DNA of 63,079 bases, filler included, from Octopus bimaculoides (lineage: Eukaryota): assembly GCF_001194135.2 (NCBI RefSeq). It is 7 parts of 6 records of this genome, joined end to end, with 100 filler letters (N's around TTAATTAATTAA, not from the genome) between each part and the next. Parts side by side here need not be neighbours in the genome. Positions count along the whole stretch, not along the records: positions 53,073 to 63,079 come from NC_068988.1; 6 more parts are not named here. The stretch is one strand, 5' to 3'. Made by a program: the position numbers and the translations under genes. The stretch's first letter is position 1. The number at the start of each line of letters is the position of its first letter. Shown here piece by piece: positions 63,074 through 63,079 of this stretch. The notes under the pieces are model-generated. The model saw nothing but the letters and a program-made list of their open reading frames with translations, did not search any database and was not told where the DNA came from.

Positions 63074-63079
63074 TCTTAT

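Overview
AT-rich, repeat-dense, heavily gapped eukaryotic genomic DNA. It looks like a coleoid cephalopod, most likely Octopus; this is inferred from the tRNA-derived SINE families and microsatellite load, not from a search. Nearly every entry in the ORF track is an artefact of N-gaps or microsatellites. The only host coding sequence I can support is the first two coding exons of a choline transporter-like gene (SLC44A1/CTL1-like, + strand, 56669-56698 and 60484-60585, MACCGCEDDK|KKEEYVSDLSSPVHNRGCTDIFCLVVFLLFWIGM). The rest is dozens of SINE copies from at least four families, fossil LINEs (RTE, CR1-group, R4/Dong), a fossil FLYWCH-MULE transposase, a Tc1 3' end, several MITEs and a ~103-107 bp tandem array. 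The most interesting unannotated signal is a set of type I hammerhead ribozyme motifs in non-homologous flanks. One has a fully canonical core with an unusually extended stem II (37051-37140). Three are near-canonical (4115-4160, 6248-6316, 13306-13348) and several more are decayed. The four best copies have the short palindromic stem III typical of Penelope-type/retrozyme ribozymes, and no Penelope ORF is visible in the sequenced part of the window. All structures were paired by eye and none was computed.
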